64,000 bases of DNA. Origin: Acholeplasmataceae bacterium (lineage in GTDB: Bacteria > Bacillota_I > Bacilli_A > Acholeplasmatales > Acholeplasmataceae). The notes beneath the pieces are model-generated. The model saw only the letters and a list, made by a program, of their open reading frames with translations. It was not told the DNA's origin and made no database searches. Each line of letters opens with the position of its first letter. Position 1 is the stretch's first letter. This document shows positions 29,311 through 38,551 of this stretch, in pieces. A program made the position numbers and the translations under genes. The stretch spans positions 1,184,001 to 1,248,000 of the forward strand of contig OY763415.1 in the NCBI GenBank assembly GCA_963667565.1, written 5' to 3'.

Positions 29311-30321
29311 GTGATGATATTGAAATGGGTAGGAAGATTTCTTTTCATGATGGTTGTCTTATTTGCTGCCTTATATGTAGTCCAATTGGGTTACATTTCA
29401 AGAAATAATGAGTATTACACACAACAAGTAAAAAATAATTGGAATGATAATCAAGTCTTTTTAGAAGGTGTATCAACACTTCAATACCTAGATTATTTCC
29501 AGGAAGCACCTATATATACATTTAACGCAAACACTGAAAGTACAACCTTTGATGTGAATATCTATGCTATAGGAATCACTTATAACGACGCGTTTTATAA
29601 TGGGTACATGATTTTTGTGAATAATGTTGTCATTTACGAAAACGATGAGATCGTTCAAAATCCAATATTAATGATCACCGTAAATGTAACTGCTGATACC
29701 ATTCAAGTAGATAACACTTATCAAAGTCAAGGGTCTGTTTTATTTGATCCACTCTCAGATTCATTTTATGGAAATTCTCCAGTGTTAATGTTATTTGATG
29801 TTGCTGGCAATTTAATTAATGATCAAGGAACTGATGATACTGCTGATGATGTCTATGCTGATTTAAGTAAAATAACGATTGATTATTCAAATCGTACGGT
29901 TGAAGATGACAATACATACTTGTTTAATAGTGAAACAACAGATGGCAAATCATTATTCGTAGCTTCAACAAATCCAATCGAAGATCCTGCATTATATACT
30001 GATGATACTTTATCCATAACTGCTAGTGATTATCAATTATCAGATCAATTTATTGGTGATACTTTATCAGATCAAGATGTCGTTGCTTTAGGTTTAAATA
30101 CGACTCATGGTGATTTAACAGATTATAATTGGCAAATTTGGCGTACAATGATCATTTATGTTTTTGCAGTACTTGTGATTACTTACTTCTTATTCTTCCA
30201 TAAACATGTAAGATTAAGATTTAAAAACAAACAATTAGACACAAGTTCTAGTTTAGGACAAGCAAAAGTGGAACCAATCTTTAAAGATGCACCACCAGAT
30301 GATAATGAAGATGGAAAATAA
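29311..30321 (+). CDS. Hypothetical membrane protein with large acidic extracellular domain
   Basis: N- and C-terminal TM helices flanking a D/T/N-rich domain. Confidence 0.7.
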   Translation: MMILKWVGRFLFMMVVLFAALYVVQLGYISRNNEYYTQQVKNNWNDNQVFLEGVSTLQYLDYFQEAPIYTFNANTESTTFDVNIYAIGITYNDAFYNGYMIFVNNVVIYENDEIVQNPILMITVNVTADTIQVDNTYQSQGSVLFDPLSDSFYGNSPVLMLFDVAGNLINDQGTDDTADDVYADLSKITIDYSNRTVEDDNTYLFNSETTDGKSLFVASTNPIEDPALYTDDTLSITASDYQLSDQFIGDTLSDQDVVALGLNTTHGDLTDYNWQIWRTMIIYVFAVLVITYFLFFHKHVRLRFKNKQLDTSSSLGQAKVEPIFKDAPPDDNEDGK

Positions 30322-30344
30322 TTCCATCTTTTTTATTTGTTTCG

Positions 30345-30373
30345 TTGCAATTAAAAAAAATATTTGCTATACT
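30345..30373 (+). promoter_or_regulatory. Sigma-70 promoter of tRNA-Trp
   Basis: TTGCAA-N17-TATACT with extended -10 TG. Confidence 0.7.
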
Positions 30374-30387
30374 TATACATGCCGTTT

Positions 30388-30462
30388 AGGGATATGGTGT
30401 CAACGGTAGCACAGCGGTCTCCAAAACCGTTAGTTCGGGTTCGAATCCTGATATCCCTGCCA
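30388..30462 (+). tRNA. tRNA-Trp(CCA)
   Basis: AGGGATATGGTGTCAACGGTAGCACAGCGGTCTCCAAAACCGTTAGTTCGGGTTCGAATCCTGATATCCCTGCCA. Confidence 0.96.
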
Positions 30463-30474
30463 TTAATAAAATTA

Positions 30475-30501
30475 AAGTCTAACAATTTGTTAGACTTTTT
30501 T
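30475..30501 (+). terminator. Terminator after tRNA-Trp (likely bidirectional)
   Basis: AAAGTCTAACAA / TTGTTAGACTTT followed by a T-tract. Confidence 0.75.
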
Positions 30502-30525
30502 GTATATTTATTTACCTACTTAATC

Positions 30526-30966
30526 CTATAGATGATATAGATCAAAAACAAAATCTGTAATTTTTTCTTCATCTTTTACAATAATCCAAATTGATTTTTG
30601 ACTCATCTCTACATCTGCAGTTAATGTATATACACTGCTGATATATGCAAATCCATCTATAATTGAAAATTCATTAATTTTAAAATCAGTTTGATTAAAT
30701 ACATATTTTGTTATAATTAAAATTTGTTGATTTTCAAAAAATGTCTCATCATAAGCATCTAGGCTAAAGTGAAAACGATCATGATTAGAAACATATAAAT
30801 CTAAGTCATCAACACTAGAAACAATTAATTGTTCATCTTCGTAAACACTTTGTTCATTGTAATTCCATTCGATTGTGTATATACCCACTCTATAATCGAT
30901 GCCATGTGTTGCATCACATGCAGTCAAGATAAATACTAACAATATAAGAAAAAATATTTTTTTCAT
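30526..30966 (-). CDS. Hypothetical lipoprotein
   Basis: Lipobox LTAC after a hydrophobic signal. Confidence 0.65.
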   Translation of the reverse strand: MKKIFFLILLVFILTACDATHGIDYRVGIYTIEWNYNEQSVYEDEQLIVSSVDDLDLYVSNHDRFHFSLDAYDETFFENQQILIITKYVFNQTDFKINEFSIIDGFAYISSVYTLTADVEMSQKSIWIIVKDEEKITDFVFDLYHL

Positions 30967-30979
30967 TGTAACAACCCCC

Positions 30980-31672
30980 TTATTTTATTTGTCTTTCTTT
31001 CTGTAACAATATAATGCGGTCATACGGCATCTTTGGAGCTCTTTGATATGCTCCTGTTGAAACAAGTTTAAACCCCTTAAAACGGTCAATCCATGCTTCT
31101 GTGGTTAAGTTGTGTGCTCTAAGTATCCCGTTGATCGCATATGTGTCTTGATCAATGACTTCCATGTTTAACTTTTTAATCAGATCCTCATCTAAATAGA
31201 AATTGAGTTTAAGTAAAACATAACCTAATGGTTTTACAATTCTTATCATTGAATCAATGACTTCCTGACTCGTCTTTCGTGGAATGACATCTAAAAAATT
31301 AGAACAAAATATGCCATCAACAGACTGATCATCAAATCGATCAAGATAATGGTGATTTTCGGTAACAAATTCTAAATCACTGATCTTTGATAATTTGACT
31401 GTTTCTTTTGCAAATTCAATCCCTTTTTCAGATGTGTCAAAACCATATCCATTAACCATCTTTTTACCTAATAACTTTGCAGTCATTAAAGAAAAGCCCA
31501 AGCCACAACCAACATCAATAATGGTTTCACAAGTGTCACCTAATTTTTTTAAGTATTGGTCAAGCTCATTTTCAACGTTGACATCTTCTTTATTTATTGT
31601 CATAGGTTTTATATCTTGAAAGTATGAATCCCAAAATTTAATCAGATCACTATTTGTTTGATTAATGTCCAT
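30980..31672 (-). CDS. Class I SAM-dependent methyltransferase
   Basis: IIDVGCGLG, GFDTSE, D-x-SVDGIFC, VKPLG. Confidence 0.85.
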   Translation of the reverse strand: MDINQTNSDLIKFWDSYFQDIKPMTINKEDVNVENELDQYLKKLGDTCETIIDVGCGLGFSLMTAKLLGKKMVNGYGFDTSEKGIEFAKETVKLSKISDLEFVTENHHYLDRFDDQSVDGIFCSNFLDVIPRKTSQEVIDSMIRIVKPLGYVLLKLNFYLDEDLIKKLNMEVIDQDTYAINGILRAHNLTTEAWIDRFKGFKLVSTGAYQRAPKMPYDRIILLQKERQIK

Positions 31673-31725
31673 AGAAAACCCCCTGATTTTTCTTTTATTA
31701 TATCATATTAAAATATGTAAAATAT

Positions 31726-31760
31726 AAAAAAAAAGCCTAATTGATTATGCACAATTAGGC
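31726..31760 (-). terminator. Terminator at the end of the nrd operon
   Basis: GCCTAATTG / CAATTAGGC stem with a 9-U tract on the minus strand. Confidence 0.75.
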
Positions 31761-31766
31761 ATTTAT

Positions 31767-32030
31767 TTATTTTTTACCAACGTATTTTTCTAGAAATTGT
31801 GTTACTTTTGATGGTTCAACATTAATCAAAACATCATCTTCACAAATAAGAACTGGTAGTGATAACACGCCATATTTCTTAACCATTTCTAAATATAAGT
31901 CTGTACTTTCTTCTTTATCAACGATTTGTATATCTTGACTATACTTATCATTTAATGCATATTTTAAAAACATCTTAAGCTTTTTACAGTTTGGACAATC
32001 TGGTTTAGCTAACATGTATACTTGACTCAT
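31767..32030 (-). CDS. nrdH: NrdH/glutaredoxin-like redoxin
   Basis: CPNC active site, GVLSLPVL cis-Pro motif. Overlaps the nrdF stop. Confidence 0.75.
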   Translation of the reverse strand: MSQVYMLAKPDCPNCKKLKMFLKYALNDKYSQDIQIVDKEESTDLYLEMVKKYGVLSLPVLICEDDVLINVEPSKVTQFLEKYVGKK

Positions 32031-33133
32031 TCTTTTCCTCCTACTTTAGGTGTATCAAAGTAAAAATCTTGGTCTTTTAAACTTTCTGATTTCATTTTTT
32101 GATATCCATTTCCCTTCATTGAGAAGTTATCCATTGTTTTTGTTTCTGTATTTAATCCATTTAAAACAACAGGATTTACTTCTTCAAATGGATAAATTGG
32201 ATCAAAACCTAAATTCATTAATGCTTTATTTGCATTATATCTTACAAACACTTTAACATCATGAGTCAGTTCAACAGGATCATAAACTGTTTCAACTAAT
32301 TCAGATTGTTCTTTATATAATTTATGTAGTAGATTAAACATCCAACCTTTAAGTTCTTCTTGTTTTTGCTCATCAAATTGATTAAAGATCTCTTGAGCTA
32401 AACGTCCTACATATAATCCATGTATACTTTCATCTCTTAAAATTAAGTTGATAATCTCTCCTGCTTGCATCAGTTTTCCTTGTCCATAGAAATACAGAGG
32501 ATAATAAAATCCACTATAAAATAACCATGTTTCTAAAAAGACACTTGCAGTCATTGCTTTCCATTGTGCTTCTTTAAATTCTTCATCTGAGAAATTAACG
32601 TGTTCTTGATCATACTTTCTTAAATAATTGTATCGATCTAAGACTTCATAAGCACCTACAATAAGACTCATCATATTTTGAAGATTTTGGTTTTGTTCAC
32701 CCCAATTAAATAATTCATCAATATCCGTTGTCGACATGTATGTCATGAAGATATTTGAATAACTTTTTGCGTGTACAGCGTTTTCCATTGCTGCCATAAA
32801 ATTAATAACAGCCTTTCTTTGGTGCCATTTTTCATCTAAAGAGCGGGAAACAACAGGCATACCGATATCACCTTGGTATGTATCTAAAAACGTTAAGACA
32901 AGTAAATTACGTGCATAAGCCAATTTGACATCTTCTGGCAATATATGCCATACATTTAAATCGGGTTGAAGAGATATATCTTCTGGTCTCCAAAATTGAC
33001 TTAAATTTTGTTCATAAAAGAATTGCGTGTATGGATCTTCATTTTCATTCCAATTTGCACCACTAAATTCTAATGGCGGTTCAAAATAAGGTTTTTTAGG
33101 TGTATTTGATTTCTTCTTGACTTCTTTTGACAT
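32027..33133 (-). CDS. nrdF: Class Ib ribonucleotide reductase beta subunit
   Basis: QFWRPE, LTFLDTYQ, MENAVHAKSYS, FLETWLFYSGF, RDESIHG: all metal ligands are present. Start at ATG 33133 after GGAGG. Confidence 0.93.
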   Translation of the reverse strand: MSKEVKKKSNTPKKPYFEPPLEFSGANWNENEDPYTQFFYEQNLSQFWRPEDISLQPDLNVWHILPEDVKLAYARNLLVLTFLDTYQGDIGMPVVSRSLDEKWHQRKAVINFMAAMENAVHAKSYSNIFMTYMSTTDIDELFNWGEQNQNLQNMMSLIVGAYEVLDRYNYLRKYDQEHVNFSDEEFKEAQWKAMTASVFLETWLFYSGFYYPLYFYGQGKLMQAGEIINLILRDESIHGLYVGRLAQEIFNQFDEQKQEELKGWMFNLLHKLYKEQSELVETVYDPVELTHDVKVFVRYNANKALMNLGFDPIYPFEEVNPVVLNGLNTETKTMDNFSMKGNGYQKMKSESLKDQDFYFDTPKVGGKE

Positions 33134-33141
33134 AAATCCTC

Positions 33142-35241
33142 CTAAACCGCGCAAGCTTCGCACTCTTCAACTTTAAGTTTTTGAGTACGCGTATAATATA
33201 GTGTTTTAATACCTTGATAATGTGCATATAAATAGTATTTTTGTAAATCTCTTGTGGTTTCATCTGATGTAATGGCTAATTCGAATGAAATCCCTTGATC
33301 AACGTGCTTTTGTGCAGTCGCAATCACATCAATCACTTTGTAGTTATCCATTTTATATGCAGTTTCATACATGAATTCTGCTACATCTAAAGCTGGCATA
33401 GGGAAATATGTCTTAGAATTTCCATATGTTCTTTCCTCTACTAATTGTTTAATTGGCGTTAAAGATGGAGTAGCACTCATGACATACGCAATACTTCCAT
33501 TAGGTGCGACGGCTAAACGGTGTGAATTATATAATCCATGTTCCATCACATCTTTTTTAAGTTTTGCCCAATCTTCATCTGATGGAATTTCAATACCTTC
33601 AAAAATTTCTTTAACTTTTTCAGTTTTAGGATAAATGGCACCTCTTCCATCAAAATAAGAACCATCTGCATATTTAGATTTTTCAAATTCAAAAAAGATT
33701 TCTTTTGTCTTTTTTGCATTTTCCATAGAGTGTACTAAACTATAATAATTAACGATATTAAAGAACACATCAATTAAATCAATATTTTCCTCACTACCAT
33801 ATGAAATATAGTTTTCTGATATAAATCCATGATGGCCCATAATACCAAAACCAACACTTCTGTTTAATCTGTTTGCTTTTGCAACTGCGGGCACATATGA
33901 AATATTGGTTTGTCTAGAGACTGAATTCATAATATCCATAGCAGCAAACACTGTATCTTTAATGGTATTATGTTTAATCATATTGCCCATGTGTCCAGAT
34001 GCTAGATTACATGAAATATCCATACCGATTTGATCTTCATCATGCTTATCATAATCTGCATAATATGAAGTGATTGTTGGTTGCAATATTTCTGTACATA
34101 AATTTGAGAATTTAACAGGATTACTCATTGCATTAACTTTGTTTACATTGTCTGCAAACATAATATATGGATATCCACTTTCACCTTGTAGTGATGCAAT
34201 GGCATCTAAAAGTTTACGTGGATTAATTTTTCTTTTTCTGACTTTAGGATTATCCACTAATTTGTCATACCATTCATCCATTTTAATTGATATATCAGCA
34301 AAATTCATACCATATTCTTTATAGACAGTATGTGGATAGAAAACATACATATCTTTGTTTTCTCTTGCAAGTTCGATCATCTTATCGGGCATAACAACAC
34401 CCATCGACAATGTTTTAACTCGGATATCATCATCTGCATTCAATTTCTTCATGTTTAAGAAATCCTCAATATCTGCATGGAACACATTTAAATAAACAGC
34501 GCCAGCGCCTGTGCGTTGACCCATTTGATCAGCATATCTAAAATTATTGTCAAGTAATTTAGCGACACCTACAATACCTTTTGAAACATTTGGTATTTCT
34601 TTAATCGTTTCACCTTTTGCTCTTAAATTAGATAAGTTAATCGCAACACCACCACCAATTTTAGATAGTTGCATTGAGAACTCAGAAATTCTAGAAATAT
34701 CATTTAATGAATCCCCTGCTTCTAGTAAGAAGCATGAAACAAATTCTCCACGTTTCATTTTTCCTGTATTTAATAACGTTGGTGTGGCAGGTGTGAAATC
34801 TTGAGCAATTAAACTCTTGATTAATCGTTTTGCCATTTCAAAATCACCATCAGCATGATATAAAGCATTCACTGCTAAACGATCTTCATAGCGTTCCAAA
34901 AATACTTTTTTATCTCTCGATTTAAGTGCGTAGTCATTATAAAACTTAAATGCACCCATATATGTTGGAAATCTAAACTTTTGAGCATAAGCATAATCAT
35001 ATATCTCTTGAATTTGTTCAAATGTATATTTATCTAAAAATGCTTTCTCATAATACTCATTATCCACTAAATAATGTAGTTTTTCATGTAATGAATGGAA
35101 AAATTGAGTCTTCTTATTGATTTCATTTAAGAAATAAGATTTAACTGCCTCTTTATCTTTTTGCAAGTCTTTAATATGACCCGTTTCATCAACAATCTGA
35201 TTGTTTAAAATAATCCACTCTGGTATCGTATTTCGATCCAT
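33142..35241 (-). CDS. nrdE: Class Ib ribonucleotide reductase alpha subunit
   Basis: PATPT, VSCFLL, SNLCTEI, SCNL, APNGSI, KTLYY, C-terminal CEAC. No ATP cone. Start at ATG 35241. Confidence 0.95.
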   Translation of the reverse strand: MDRNTIPEWIILNNQIVDETGHIKDLQKDKEAVKSYFLNEINKKTQFFHSLHEKLHYLVDNEYYEKAFLDKYTFEQIQEIYDYAYAQKFRFPTYMGAFKFYNDYALKSRDKKVFLERYEDRLAVNALYHADGDFEMAKRLIKSLIAQDFTPATPTLLNTGKMKRGEFVSCFLLEAGDSLNDISRISEFSMQLSKIGGGVAINLSNLRAKGETIKEIPNVSKGIVGVAKLLDNNFRYADQMGQRTGAGAVYLNVFHADIEDFLNMKKLNADDDIRVKTLSMGVVMPDKMIELARENKDMYVFYPHTVYKEYGMNFADISIKMDEWYDKLVDNPKVRKRKINPRKLLDAIASLQGESGYPYIMFADNVNKVNAMSNPVKFSNLCTEILQPTITSYYADYDKHDEDQIGMDISCNLASGHMGNMIKHNTIKDTVFAAMDIMNSVSRQTNISYVPAVAKANRLNRSVGFGIMGHHGFISENYISYGSEENIDLIDVFFNIVNYYSLVHSMENAKKTKEIFFEFEKSKYADGSYFDGRGAIYPKTEKVKEIFEGIEIPSDEDWAKLKKDVMEHGLYNSHRLAVAPNGSIAYVMSATPSLTPIKQLVEERTYGNSKTYFPMPALDVAEFMYETAYKMDNYKVIDVIATAQKHVDQGISFELAITSDETTRDLQKYYLYAHYQGIKTLYYTRTQKLKVEECEACAV

Positions 35242-35245
35242 AAAA

Positions 35246-35923
35246 TCAACCCTCTTTCTTATCCCCTTCTGGATAAATAAATGTATGAGCCTCGTAAGGT
35301 ATGTTCTTATTATACAAATCATTTAAGCTCATGATAAACGATTTGCACTCTACAAATGCACTTTCATCTAAAAAAGGGTATTTTACACTTCTAATTTGAC
35401 TCAATCCTTGGTCGTTTTTTACAACAAAATGAATAGCTTCAATTAATTTATTAATTAATTTTAGATCTTTAAGTTTAATACCCATTGTATGTTCAATCAA
35501 ATCAAGGTCATCTATGGTTAATAAGTGGTATGGTAGTTTCATATCAATATGATATCCATCAACTAATTTTTTATCCATGAGCACTTGCATTTTATGTAGT
35601 TCAACACCAGTTGTATAAATGATGATCTTCTTTTGTGTTGCTTGTCTAATTTTAGTCAAATCTTCAATTAAATCTTCAAGTGGTGCTAGTAAAAATTCAC
35701 CTCCACTAAAAAGGAGATAATCAAAAAGATCTTGTTGCTTGATGATATATTCTAAAACATCGTCTATGGTATAAAATTGCTCATGTTGTTTAACGACTAA
35801 TTCATCATAGTTAAAACACTCATAACATTTAAACATACATCCAGTGAGACCATGGATCAGTAATGATGGATGATTTTCAATTTCAGAAAAGGTTAATATT
35901 AATTTTTTATAATACTTAATCAT
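35246..35923 (-). CDS. nrdG: Radical SAM activase for class III RNR
   Basis: GCMFKCYECFN (CxxxCxxC), FSGGE, IYTTG, HIDMK. Directly downstream of nrdD. Start at ATG 35923. Confidence 0.85.
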   Translation of the reverse strand: MIKYYKKLILTFSEIENHPSLLIHGLTGCMFKCYECFNYDELVVKQHEQFYTIDDVLEYIIKQQDLFDYLLFSGGEFLLAPLEDLIEDLTKIRQATQKKIIIYTTGVELHKMQVLMDKKLVDGYHIDMKLPYHLLTIDDLDLIEHTMGIKLKDLKLINKLIEAIHFVVKNDQGLSQIRSVKYPFLDESAFVECKSFIMSLNDLYNKNIPYEAHTFIYPEGDKKEG

Positions 35924-36017
35924 ATGTATCCTTCCTTTAAAAATAAAGTCCTTCAAAGTAAAAACTTTAAAGGATTTTATCATTTTAGTTTTTTTGACTT
36001 AGAGTCAAAGTATCGTT

Positions 36018-37961
36018 TTATTCTTCTTTGGTTGCTGCATCGTTTTGTTCAAAACGTCTACGTTGAGCCCAGTCTAATCGTCTTGCTCTACTCCAGAAGT
36101 TATAATCACCTTTGTAGTAACCTTTTTCGTCTACGTTAATATTTTGTCTTGCAATCATTCTTACATATCCAATGACTCTTGAGAATGTTGCGATATCATG
36201 TGATCCACAAACTGGACATGCATCCACGTTTTTAGCATCTTTAGCAACTATCTTAGTACCACATTCTTGGCAAGCTGTAATGGTTGGAGTTAATGTAATA
36301 TAATTGATTGGTTTTTTAAATAAATTTTGTAAATAATTTGATAGAATCTCAGGTTCAATAGCATCTTCAATAAAGTGGTGAAGAATAGATCCTGATGTTG
36401 CATATCCTTGAAATTCAGCAGCATTCTCAATTTGTAAAGTAAAATCTTCTTCACTAAATGGTAGCATGCATCCTGAAGTTAAGAAGACATCATCATCATG
36501 TCCTTGAACGAAAATCTCTTTACCGTGATTTTTAGCCCATTTAACATCACTTCTTGCAAGTTTGATCCCAGCATTTTCAGCAGGTGCATATTCAATACCG
36601 CAAGCGACGTGGTCTCTGACAATAAATTCATTAATGATTTCACTCATATATTGCATAAGTTCGTGTGCAAACAACTTACCTTCTTTGTCACTCATACCAT
36701 CTTTAAAACCAATATTAATTAACCCTTCATGCATACCTGTGACAGCAAATACATTGAAGTAGTTTCTTAAATCATGATTAAATGCGAAGAATGTAGGATA
36801 TAGCTCTTGATGGTTTTCAACCCATGCACGTTTTGCCATGTGTCCTTCTTCCATTACTTCCAAATATTCTCTCATTTTCATTTTTAATAAATCGTGATCA
36901 TGCCCGAATTCAACAAGCAAACGATTCATATTTAGATTAAGCACTTGAATCGCACCAACATTACCCACTGATGAACCGAAAATACCACCACCTGCTCTTG
37001 ATAAAACAGATAGGTCAATATTTAAACGACAACATAAACTTCTTGAAACACTTGGGTCTTTTGGCTTAATAAAAGGATTTAACTTTGTATAATAGTGATC
37101 AGTAAATGGTCTAGTTCTAAAGTTTTCAAAATAGACTCCGCCCCATTGATACATTTGTTTTAATAAGTGAAGGAATACTTCGTTATCATAATTGAAATTA
37201 TCATCAATTTGAACGGTAATTAAAGGGAATGTTAATGGAATACCTTTTTTTGTACCTTTAGCCATTGCATTAATGAATGCTAAATTGATACGGTCAAAAA
37301 ATTCAGCAGGAATATCTTTATATTGATAATCCATACCTTCTCCACCAATAACGACATATTCATCTCTGATTTCTTCTGATGGTTTACCAAACTCTAATGT
37401 ACAATTAGAAAATGCTGATTCTGAACCAGAACGAAGCGGTAAATTTAATTCATAAATCAATTGATACATCATTTTAGTTAATGTATGTTCTGTATAAAAT
37501 TGACGATTTCTTTCTTCTTCATAAAGATATGATGCTAAAATAGTTGTCATTTGAGAAAGCATGACGGCACCTGAAACTTGTTGACTCATTAAAGTAACTA
37601 CATTACTAAAATGACGAATAAGTGTAGGTAGCGATGATGCAGCATCAGATTCTAACATATTTTTTGCAATACTTGGAATTCCTTTAGTTGCTATATCTTT
37701 ACAACTAACTGATTGGCAATAAGATGATAATTGTTTATCATGAATATAAATGACACCGTCATTATATAATTCAACTAATTTGCGAGGAAATATGTGCTTC
37801 ATTAAATATTCTTCTTCTGCTTTATTAGAAATATTTTTTCTAAGAAGCGGAAGCGAATATACGAAATTACTATTTTCACGTTTTAAATAGTCAGATCTCT
37901 TATCCTCATCATTTCCTATAAATTTGTTAATTAATTCTTCTGTAGTTTTAAACATTGACAT
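36018..37961 (-). CDS. nrdD: Anaerobic (class III) ribonucleoside-triphosphate reductase, no ATP cone
   Basis: IYIHD, SYC, TFP, SLCCRL, PAE, Zn-site CQECG...CPVCG, glycyl-radical loop SRVIGY. Confidence 0.92.
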   Translation of the reverse strand: MSMFKTTEELINKFIGNDEDKRSDYLKRENSNFVYSLPLLRKNISNKAEEEYLMKHIFPRKLVELYNDGVIYIHDKQLSSYCQSVSCKDIATKGIPSIAKNMLESDAASSLPTLIRHFSNVVTLMSQQVSGAVMLSQMTTILASYLYEEERNRQFYTEHTLTKMMYQLIYELNLPLRSGSESAFSNCTLEFGKPSEEIRDEYVVIGGEGMDYQYKDIPAEFFDRINLAFINAMAKGTKKGIPLTFPLITVQIDDNFNYDNEVFLHLLKQMYQWGGVYFENFRTRPFTDHYYTKLNPFIKPKDPSVSRSLCCRLNIDLSVLSRAGGGIFGSSVGNVGAIQVLNLNMNRLLVEFGHDHDLLKMKMREYLEVMEEGHMAKRAWVENHQELYPTFFAFNHDLRNYFNVFAVTGMHEGLINIGFKDGMSDKEGKLFAHELMQYMSEIINEFIVRDHVACGIEYAPAENAGIKLARSDVKWAKNHGKEIFVQGHDDDVFLTSGCMLPFSEEDFTLQIENAAEFQGYATSGSILHHFIEDAIEPEILSNYLQNLFKKPINYITLTPTITACQECGTKIVAKDAKNVDACPVCGSHDIATFSRVIGYVRMIARQNINVDEKGYYKGDYNFWSRARRLDWAQRRRFEQNDAATKEE

Positions 37962-38334
37962 AACTCTGATCCCCTTTTTGATTGATTTGGTCTTTAATCC
38001 ATTTTTTTACTAATTCGACATCCCTATCAAATCCTGACGCTTCAAACTTTAAGATGAGCGGAATTTGATATTTTTCTTTGATTTTGTCGCCAGCTGCGCC
38101 ATAATTGGTACCCCAATTTCTATTACCTGAGACGCATACACCTTTAACCATTTTTGCAAATTGGTTTAAAAATGATTCGGTTGCTTTGGGTATCTCTCCA
38201 AAATTAAAGGTTCTAGTAACTAATAAAACATCATCAGATGACATTTCATAGTGGTTAATGTCACACGTTTTAAGATTTAGTTTTTCAGCAAATTTCTTTG
38301 CTTGTCCAGTTAAACTATCGTAGACAATGATCAT
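37948..38334 (-). CDS. nrdI: NrdI flavodoxin-like class Ib RNR assembly protein
   Basis: YDSLTGQAKKFA, TFNFGEIP, VSGNRNWG-x-x-YG-x-AG, KFEASG. Start at ATG 38334 after AAGGAAG. Confidence 0.92.
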   Translation of the reverse strand: MIIVYDSLTGQAKKFAEKLNLKTCDINHYEMSSDDVLLVTRTFNFGEIPKATESFLNQFAKMVKGVCVSGNRNWGTNYGAAGDKIKEKYQIPLILKFEASGFDRDVELVKKWIKDQINQKGDQSYVNV

Positions 38335-38498
38335 TAACTCACTTCCTTTATATGAAAAAAAATAAAGCATACATAGTATGCTTTAGGATACAGAGTGTGT
38401 GTAAAAAAGAACACGAGATGTTCGTATTTATACATATTCTAAATATCCCCTTAAGCACAACTGCGCATATCCCCATGCGCATCCCATTGCTGTGTTCT
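38335..38498 (-). promoter_or_regulatory. Structured 5' leader with intrinsic terminator and alternative antiterminator (putative attenuator or riboswitch)
   Basis: Lies between the promoter and the nrdI RBS. GC-rich 5' hairpin at 38456-38494. Terminator UAAAGCAUAC/GUAUGCUUUA plus U8 at 38355-38385. Confidence 0.65.
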
Positions 38499-38499
38499 T

Positions 38500-38528
38500 A
38501 TTATAGGAAATTTTTATAGATTATGCAA
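38500..38528 (-). promoter_or_regulatory. Sigma-70 promoter of the nrd operon
   Basis: Minus strand TTGCAT-N17-TATAAT. Confidence 0.75.
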
Positions 38529-38551
38529 CACTTTTTTTGTAAAAAATTTAT

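Noticed and set aside
30388..30462. Recoded UGA-Trp (genetic code 4)
   Set aside because: The anticodon is CCA, and TGA terminates genes here (cydA, oppB, nqrF) with clean overlaps to the next start.
28826..31672. tRNA-anchored genomic island or prophage
   Set aside because: No integrase, transposase, phage gene or duplicated tRNA 3' end seen next to these tRNAs (nor next to tRNA-Leu).
32027..33133. Possible metal-free class Ie R2, as in some Mollicutes
   Set aside because: All canonical metal ligands (D, E..H, E, E..H) are present, so it is ordinary class Ib.
38363..38385. Palindrome as an NrdR box, or the leader as a 2'-dG or cobalamin riboswitch
   Set aside because: Poor match to the NrdR consensus and followed by U8, so it reads better as a terminator. 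No purine-riboswitch three-way junction or B12 box is visible.
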